DNA from: Ostreococcus tauri
Lineage: Eukaryota
DNA length: 11,158 nucleotides
Assembly: GCA_000214015.2 (NCBI GenBank)
Contig: CAID01000006.2
Coordinates: 601,885-613,042, forward strand
Direction of reading: 5' to 3'
Part shown: piece after piece, positions 7,405-11,158 of the stretch
Layout: every line of letters begins with the position of its first letter
Position numbering within the stretch: position 1 is the stretch's first letter
The notes under the pieces: model-generated
Database searches by the model: none
Seen by the model: only the letters and a program-made list of their open reading frames with translations
What the model was told of the DNA's origin: nothing
Position numbers and translations under genes: made by a program

Positions 7405-8904
7405 ATGCGGGCGAAGCGGCGGAAAGAAACGCGGGACGATTCGGGCGAATCAGACGCGCCGTCGTGCGTCGTGCACGACGCCCGGAACGATTCGAATGAA
7501 GAAACCGTCGGCGGGGATTGGGTCGAGCTCATCGAACACGGCGACGGCGCGGGACTCCTCGAGTGGCTCGTCGCCCCAGCGGACGTGGAGTGCGTGCGGA
7601 GCGCGTCGACGGTGACGTGCGTCCGACGAGGCGGGGCGGAGAGGACGACGGAGCGTAGAAAATGGTTTTCCATGGCTGACGTGGAGGCTACGTTGGCGTC
7701 GAGAGACGCGCGATACGGGATCGACGCGGACGTGACGTCGTACGTGGACGGGGTGCGAAGGACGCATAATTCGAACGATGATACTCATGATGTGTGTGAT
7801 GAGGCGTCGAACGAGATCGTGGACGCGAAGGCGGTGATGCGCGCGTATCGCGAGCGCGGACGCTCGATTCGGTTGTTACATCCGCAAACGCGGCACGACG
7901 CGACGTGGAAGATGTTGGCCACGCTGGAGAGTCACTTCGAGTGCGCGTGCGGGTGTAATGTGTACGTGACACCGGCAAATGCACAAGGGTTCGCGCCGCA
8001 CTACGACGACATCGACGCGTACGTGCTTCAAATCGAGGGAGAGAAGCGCTGGCGCGTGTACGCGCCTTTTCAGAGCGACGAGCTCCCTCGAACGAGCTCT
8101 AAGAACTACACTCAGGAAGAGATCGCGGGACTGGAGGTGTTGTTCGACGGTGTTTTAGAGGCTGGAGATTTCTTATACATACCGCGAGGGTTTGTTCACC
8201 AGGCGGAGTGCTCGTCCAGGGCGCACAGCGTACACGCAACGATTTCAACAAATCAAGCAAACACGCACGCAGACGCGTTCGAGATCGCGACGCAGACCAT
8301 CGCGCGCTCGCTCATCGACGAGAGTAAATGGCTTCGACGGAACATATATAGACCGCACCAGGGCCCGCGGCGGTGCTTGGACATGCAGCAGATGGGTCAA
8401 GCGGTGCTCGCGCTGGGCTCGCGGGATTTGGACCCGTACCTGTTCCACGCGTACGAATCTCTCCGAGCCAGGTTTCAGGCGCAGCGTCTTCCGGTGCCCG
8501 AGACGCATCTAGAGCGCTCGCGCACGTCGTGCACCGGCGACCGGGCGGCGGAAAGTTTTCGAGGAGGCGAATTGACGAAGGTAGCGCTGCAGAGACGAGG
8601 ATGTTTGGTCCTCGTCGACGGCGCCGCGTATCATCCTTTTAGTAACTCTCGAGACGGGAGCCACGAGCGTATTTTTAGCGTCAGCGGAGACGAACGAGGA
8701 CGTGTGCCCGTCGACGACGACGTCATCGACATCTTAGACGAGTGTCTCTACGTTTTGCAAGAGCTCGACGGCGAGGCGACTGACGCCGCGGCGCTGGCGT
8801 CGACGCACGTCGCAAAACTGGAAAATGGTCACGCCGGCATCGTGGATAGATTGATACACGCGTTCGCGGAATTAATCAGAGTCGGCGCGCTCGCGGCGTG
8901 TTAG
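7405..8904 (+). CDS. JmjC/cupin ribosomal oxygenase, NO66/MINA53 (RIOX) family, ~499 aa
   Basis: The block RSIRLLHPQT....W..LA.LE..F....G.NVY.TP.N.QGFAPHYDDIDAYVLQIEGEKRWRVY.P...........S.N......G..........LE.GD.LY.PRGF.HQAEC.....HS.H.T.ST.Q closely parallels human NO66 as I remember it. The Fe(II) ligands are HxD (His 7999-8001, Asp 8005-8007) and the distal His in HSVHATIS. The track start 6913 is a GTG in low-complexity sequence. ATG 7405 (MRAKRRKE..., basic NLS-like) is preferred; ATG 7174 (MSSRNRRARRR...) is the alternative. TAG stop at 8902-8904. Confidence 0.88.
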   Translation: MRAKRRKETRDDSGESDAPSCVVHDARNDSNEETVGGDWVELIEHGDGAGLLEWLVAPADVECVRSASTVTCVRRGGAERTTERRKWFSMADVEATLASRDARYGIDADVTSYVDGVRRTHNSNDDTHDVCDEASNEIVDAKAVMRAYRERGRSIRLLHPQTRHDATWKMLATLESHFECACGCNVYVTPANAQGFAPHYDDIDAYVLQIEGEKRWRVYAPFQSDELPRTSSKNYTQEEIAGLEVLFDGVLEAGDFLYIPRGFVHQAECSSRAHSVHATISTNQANTHADAFEIATQTIARSLIDESKWLRRNIYRPHQGPRRCLDMQQMGQAVLALGSRDLDPYLFHAYESLRARFQAQRLPVPETHLERSRTSCTGDRAAESFRGGELTKVALQRRGCLVLVDGAAYHPFSNSRDGSHERIFSVSGDERGRVPVDDDVIDILDECLYVLQELDGEATDAAALASTHVAKLENGHAGIVDRLIHAFAELIRVGALAAC

Positions 8905-8910
8905 TCAAAG

Positions 8911-8930
8911 CTTGCTACAGGAAATGCCTC
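8911..8930. repeat. Left arm of a perfect 20-bp inverted repeat (CTTGCTACAGGAAATGCCTC)
   Basis: It is the exact reverse complement of 9188-9207 (GAGGCATTTCCTGTAGCAAG), checked base by base. It starts 7 nt after the JmjC stop codon. The match does not extend in either direction. Confidence 0.95.
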
Positions 8931-8977
8931 ACCAAAATGATTTAATTCTCGACGGGAACTTCATGGGCTACAAAAAG

Positions 8978-8999
8978 GAACGCCGGCAAAGTCTTCGTA
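8978..8999. repeat. Copy 1 of a 22-nt direct repeat (GAACGCCGGCAAAGTCTTCGTA), spanning the tRNA 5' leader and tRNA positions 1-9
   Basis: It matches 9533-9554 (GAATGCCGGCAAAGTCTTCGTA) at 21/22 positions, with an 18-nt exact core at 8982-8999 = 9537-9554. Both copies have the same orientation on the + strand. Confidence 0.95.
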
Positions 9000-9063
9000 G
9001 TGTAGATGGTTATCACGCTAGGCTTTCACCCTAGAGACTCGGGTTCGAATCCCGGCGAGGAAA
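8991..9063 (+). tRNA. tRNA-Glu(UUC): tRNA-Glu (anticodon UUC), 73 nt, with an unusual G1/A72 mismatch
   Basis: Hand-folded cloverleaf: acceptor GTCTTCG/CGAGGAA (6 pairs including one G-U, top pair G1/A72 unpaired). D arm GTGT-AGATGGTTA-TCAC. Anticodon stem CTAGG/CCTAG, perfect. Loop C-T-TTC-A-C gives anticodon TTC at 9025-9027. The variable loop is 4 nt (AGAC). T arm TCGGG-TTCGAAT-CCCGG, and discriminator A. The overall layout is nearly identical to my recollection of yeast tRNA-Glu(UUC) (…UAGUGU…UCAC…CUUUCAC…AGAC…GGUUCGA.UCC…). A-box and B-box are present. Confidence 0.85.
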
Positions 9064-9070
9064 GACAAAC

Positions 9071-9076
9071 TTTTTT
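9071..9076 (+). terminator. RNA polymerase III terminator (T6)
   Basis: The run TTTTTT begins 8 nt after the tRNA 3' end, which is the canonical Pol III termination signal. Confidence 0.6.
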
Positions 9077-9145
9077 GACCTTGCGAAGGCTTTTAATTTT
9101 TAATCAAAGAGCTTGCATTGAATTCAGTTCTTCACCGATTACCCG

Positions 9146-9150
9146 TTACA
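9146..9150 (-). terminator. Candidate poly(A) signal TGTAA for the GIY-YIG/zinc-ribbon gene
   Basis: The plus-strand TTACA equals minus-strand TGTAA, 16 nt downstream of the TGA stop (9167-9169), in AT-rich sequence. This is a motif match only. Confidence 0.35.
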
Positions 9151-9166
9151 AAAGTTATTACTCGTA

Positions 9167-10957
9167 TCACATTTCGCGGGTGGACGCGAGGCATTTCCTG
9201 TAGCAAGTGTCGCACACGCGCCCGTCACCATCTCTTTGGGGATGACTCGCCTTCCCTCGAGAAACCGCACGCGAGCATAGCACGCACGTGAACGGTGGTT
9301 GTTTTGCGAGTAAAGTGATTTTGTAGCATCTTGCGCACACGCGTCCATCGCCGTCTCCGCGGTAACTTCGTTTCCCTTGCATCTCTCTGTCGCACTCAAG
9401 GCACTGAAACTGCGGCTTCTTTGCATACAAAGCTTTGTTGTAGCAAGTGTCGCACACGCGTCCATGGCCGTCTCCGTGGGAGTGACTTCGCGACTTTCCT
9501 TGCGGAAAATCTCTGTCGCACCGTCCGCACGTGAATGCCGGCAAAGTCTTCGTACATCGCGTCTTCTTTCCGAATGTCTCTCTGATCTCGTTCCACGTAT
9601 CCTCGCGGGTGACCTCCCTGGTATGGCACACACCGGGCTGAGAAAAGTTCATTCCGACGACGCCGTCCGCGGTGTGCTCGTGCAAGGTCCCGTAGTGCGC
9701 GGTGAATACCGCTTCGACGAAGAATCCGGCGCTCGCAATCGCGCGCGCGACTTCCAAAATCGACGGCGTCGACGCGCACGTTTTCACGTACGTCTTCGCC
9801 AACTCGACCGCGCTCGCTTCATCCTGTCCGTGAATGACCCACAAACTGCATTGAAAATCAGCATCAGCATGGTCGTCGTCGCCCTTTTGGGCTCGTCGAA
9901 CGAGTGCGTGTCCTCGCTGCATGTCGTGCGCGCGCCCGTCGCCGAGCAGCGCCGTCAAGTGCTCGTTGATTCGTCGCTCTACATCGACACTTTCCCCGAC
10001 GTACGCGAACACGAGTCCGTCGTCGGTGCGAATTCTGTAGTGATAGCACCCGCGTACGTTCAGATATCGCGCCATCGATCCCGTGGCCGTCTCGACCTTT
10101 TCCAAAGCCTGACTCAACTCGAATTCGCTCGCGTCCAGCGCCATCGCCGCGGCGCGAACCGCGTTAAGATTTTGACACGCATACTTTGACTCCGCCGCGT
10201 TGAGCGGGGAGGACCACTGTGCGTTTGTTGAACTGGTGGTACGTCGAAATGCACGTTGGTGACACGCTTCATCATCATCTATGTCGACCTTCGGCAGCCC
10301 CGTCGCCGCGAACAATGGCGCTTCGCTCACGAGCCAACGCGCGAACCTGTCCCGCGCGCACGCGCTCGGTGAGACGCGCGAGTAAATGTCTGAGATGATG
10401 CTCTCGAAATCCACGCCGCGCACCGTCTCATTGTTCATGGTCTTGGCGCACAATTCGGCATTAAACACCTCCAAGCTGACGACCGGTGCTCCTCCGAGTC
10501 CGTCCCCGGCGGCGCGTGTGACGTATTTCAACGCGAGCGTCGTCGCCGCCGCGACACCACCAGCGGTATCTTTGGGCGCGTCGTTCTCCACCGGCGCATC
10601 CAATCCGACTCCGCTCGCCGCCTTCGGCGCCGCCTCGTCTCGCCTCGCGGCGTTCGTGACGTCGCCGAGAGCGACGCGTGTCGCCTCCGCCGCGAACGCG
10701 ACGCGCGCGTTCGCCGCATCCGACTCGGCGTCCGCCTCGGCTTTGGCTTTAGCTTTGGCATCCGCGCCACCGCGACCCCCGACTGGCCAACCAACACGTG
10801 CGTTAGCAGCAGATGACGCTTCCACGAATGCCTCACGGTTTCGCTTCCTCCACCCCGCGAATGCGTAGCCGTATCGAACGCGGTATCCCCGCGGCATTGC
10901 TCCCGTCCTGCGCGTCCACGGCGGACAGTTAGTTATTAATCCGCCATCGGCGCGCAT
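9167..10957 (-). CDS. GIY-YIG nuclease-like protein with three C-terminal tandem CxxC...CxxC zinc-ribbon repeats (596 aa)
   Basis: This is a long ORF with high third-position GC. Residues ~303-333 (9959-10051) read G-C-Y-HYRIRTDDGLVFA-Y-V-G-E-S-VDVE-R-R-INE-H. That is the GIY...YVG-S....R...H pattern of GIY-YIG nucleases (compare I-TevI GIYQIKNTLNNKVYVGSAKDFEKRWKRH). A candidate catalytic Glu lies in GFFVEAVFTAHYG (~res 414). Residues 475-596 are three ~40-aa repeats, F.C..C.R...GK.....DG.GRVC..CY.K.L. The N-terminal ~290 aa are unrecognised, with an AKAKAKAEADAE low-complexity tract. ATG at 10957; the in-frame ATG at 10897 (MPRGY...) is the alternative. The function call rests on a by-eye motif match, not an HMM search. 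Confidence 0.7.
   Translation of the reverse strand: MRADGGLITNCPPWTRRTGAMPRGYRVRYGYAFAGWRKRNREAFVEASSAANARVGWPVGGRGGADAKAKAKAEADAESDAANARVAFAAEATRVALGDVTNAARRDEAAPKAASGVGLDAPVENDAPKDTAGGVAAATTLALKYVTRAAGDGLGGAPVVSLEVFNAELCAKTMNNETVRGVDFESIISDIYSRVSPSACARDRFARWLVSEAPLFAATGLPKVDIDDDEACHQRAFRRTTSSTNAQWSSPLNAAESKYACQNLNAVRAAAMALDASEFELSQALEKVETATGSMARYLNVRGCYHYRIRTDDGLVFAYVGESVDVERRINEHLTALLGDGRAHDMQRGHALVRRAQKGDDDHADADFQCSLWVIHGQDEASAVELAKTYVKTCASTPSILEVARAIASAGFFVEAVFTAHYGTLHEHTADGVVGMNFSQPGVCHTREVTREDTWNEIRETFGKKTRCTKTLPAFTCGRCDRDFPQGKSRSHSHGDGHGRVCDTCYNKALYAKKPQFQCLECDREMQGKRSYRGDGDGRVCARCYKITLLAKQPPFTCVLCSRAVSRGKASHPQRDGDGRVCDTCYRKCLASTREM
9170..9535 (-). repeat. Three tandem coding repeats (126/117/123 nt) encoding 4-Cys zinc-ribbon units
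   Basis: Protein units: F475-Q516 FTCGRCDRDFPQGKSRSHSHGDGHGRVCDTCYNKALYAKKPQ; F517-P555 FQCLECDREMQGKRSYRGDGDGRVCARCYKITLLAKQPP; F556-M596 FTCVLCSRAVSRGKASHPQRDGDGRVCDTCYRKCLASTREM. Similarity is also visible at the DNA level, e.g. tgtagcaagtgtcgcacacgcg at 9200 and 9439, and tgtagcatcttgcgcacacgcg at 9322. Confidence 0.9.
9188..9207. repeat. Right arm of the perfect 20-bp inverted repeat; lies in the last codons (CYRKCL) of the GIY-YIG/zinc-ribbon CDS
   Basis: GAGGCATTTCCTGTAGCAAG is the reverse complement of 8911-8930. On the minus strand it encodes (T)CYRKCL of the third zinc-ribbon repeat. Confidence 0.95.
9533..9554. repeat. Copy 2 of the 22-nt direct repeat; lies inside the CDS at the N-terminal edge of the zinc-ribbon array
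   Basis: GAATGCCGGCAAAGTCTTCGTA is antisense to the codons for T-K-T-L-P-A-F475. Phe475 (9533-9535) is the first residue of repeat unit 1. Confidence 0.95.
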
Positions 10958-11070
10958 CGAACGAACGCGTCACCGTCGTCGACGCCGTCGCCCGCGCGCG
11001 CGCACCGCGACGTGAAACAAATCGACGCATCCTTGCGCGCGCGCCCGTCGTCATCGCGCGCTCGCGCGCT

Positions 11071-11101
11071 CCCCGGCGGCGCGATGCACGCGCCGCCGGG
11101 G
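11071..11101. repeat. Perfect 13-bp-stem GC palindrome with a 5-nt loop
   Basis: CCCCGGCGGCGCG-ATGCA-CGCGCCGCCGGGG, with arms at 11071-11083 and 11089-11101 that are exact reverse complements. It lies 114-144 nt upstream of the ATG at 10957. Confidence 0.9.
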
Positions 11102-11158
11102 AACAGCGCGCGCGCGATGCGATCTCGACCGATCGCCCCCTCTCCGCGCCGGGACTCG

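Noticed and set aside
8931-9187. Canonical MITE or transposon interpretation of the segment bounded by the inverted repeat
   Set aside because: There is no target-site duplication next to the 20-bp arms, the right arm is coding sequence, and the interior is largely a functional-looking tRNA gene. It is reported as an unexplained inverted repeat rather than annotated as a mobile element.
9006-9203. 65-aa plus ORF across the tRNA and its downstream spacer
   Set aside because: It overlaps a well-folded tRNA gene and AT-rich intergenic sequence and has no coding signal.
9170-9535. Possibility that the ~120-nt periodic repeats are a CRISPR-like or satellite array
   Set aside because: The period corresponds to in-frame protein repeats with conserved Cys spacing inside a long ORF. 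There is no repeat/spacer alternation, and the context is eukaryotic.
9377-10189. 270-aa plus ORF, plus other ORFs (9139-9633 -, 9396-9779 -, 10386-10868 +, 10528-10836 -) overlapping the nuclease gene
   Set aside because: These are alternative or antisense frames of the 596-aa ORF. Only that ORF carries the GIY-YIG motif and the in-phase Cys repeats.
10936-11157. Open minus-strand frame entering from the right edge of the window (…GAIGRDRIARALFPGG…VRCAPMAD-stop at 10936-10938)
   Set aside because: It is only 73 codons, has no recognisable motif, and overlaps the first codons of the 596-aa ORF. It would leave about 40 nt before the alternative start at 10897. An open frame of this length is expected by chance at this GC content, and the question cannot be decided without flanking sequence.

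Overview
This window looks like GC-rich, gene-dense eukaryotic nuclear DNA with no obvious introns. Composition, compactness and TGTAA-type poly(A) motifs suggest a Mamiellophyceae green picoalga such as Micromonas or Ostreococcus, but that taxon call is inference only. It is not a prokaryotic operon or defence island. The supported genes, in order, are as follows. (1) The 3' part of lipoyl synthase (+). (2) A convergent unknown protein with an MGQCAS N-terminus (-). (3) A dual-specificity phosphatase (+), divergent from the unknown protein across a CpG-rich intergenic region. (4) A ~920-aa Glu/Arg/Ala-rich coiled-coil protein (+). (5) Tubulin-folding cofactor C (+). (6) A weak small ORF (-). 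(7) A NO66/MINA53-type JmjC ribosomal oxygenase (+). (8) tRNA-Glu(UUC) with a T6 Pol III terminator (+). (9) A 596-aa protein (-) with a central GIY-YIG nuclease-like core and three tandem C-terminal CxxC...CxxC zinc-ribbon repeats. Most other ORFs in the six-frame track are GC-rich shadow frames. The unusual locus is 8905-10957. The GIY-YIG/zinc-ribbon gene converges on the tRNA-Glu gene, and two short sequences from the two edges of its zinc-finger array recur beside the tRNA. One is a perfect 20-bp inverted repeat (8911-8930 / 9188-9207) that brackets the tRNA. The other is a 21/22 direct repeat (8978-8999 / 9533-9554) covering the tRNA 5' leader plus its first 9 nt. The tRNA also has a G1/A72 mismatch inside that repeat. 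I read this as possible evidence of a selfish or mobile nuclease gene or of past recombination at a tRNA locus, but the mechanism cannot be established from sequence alone.
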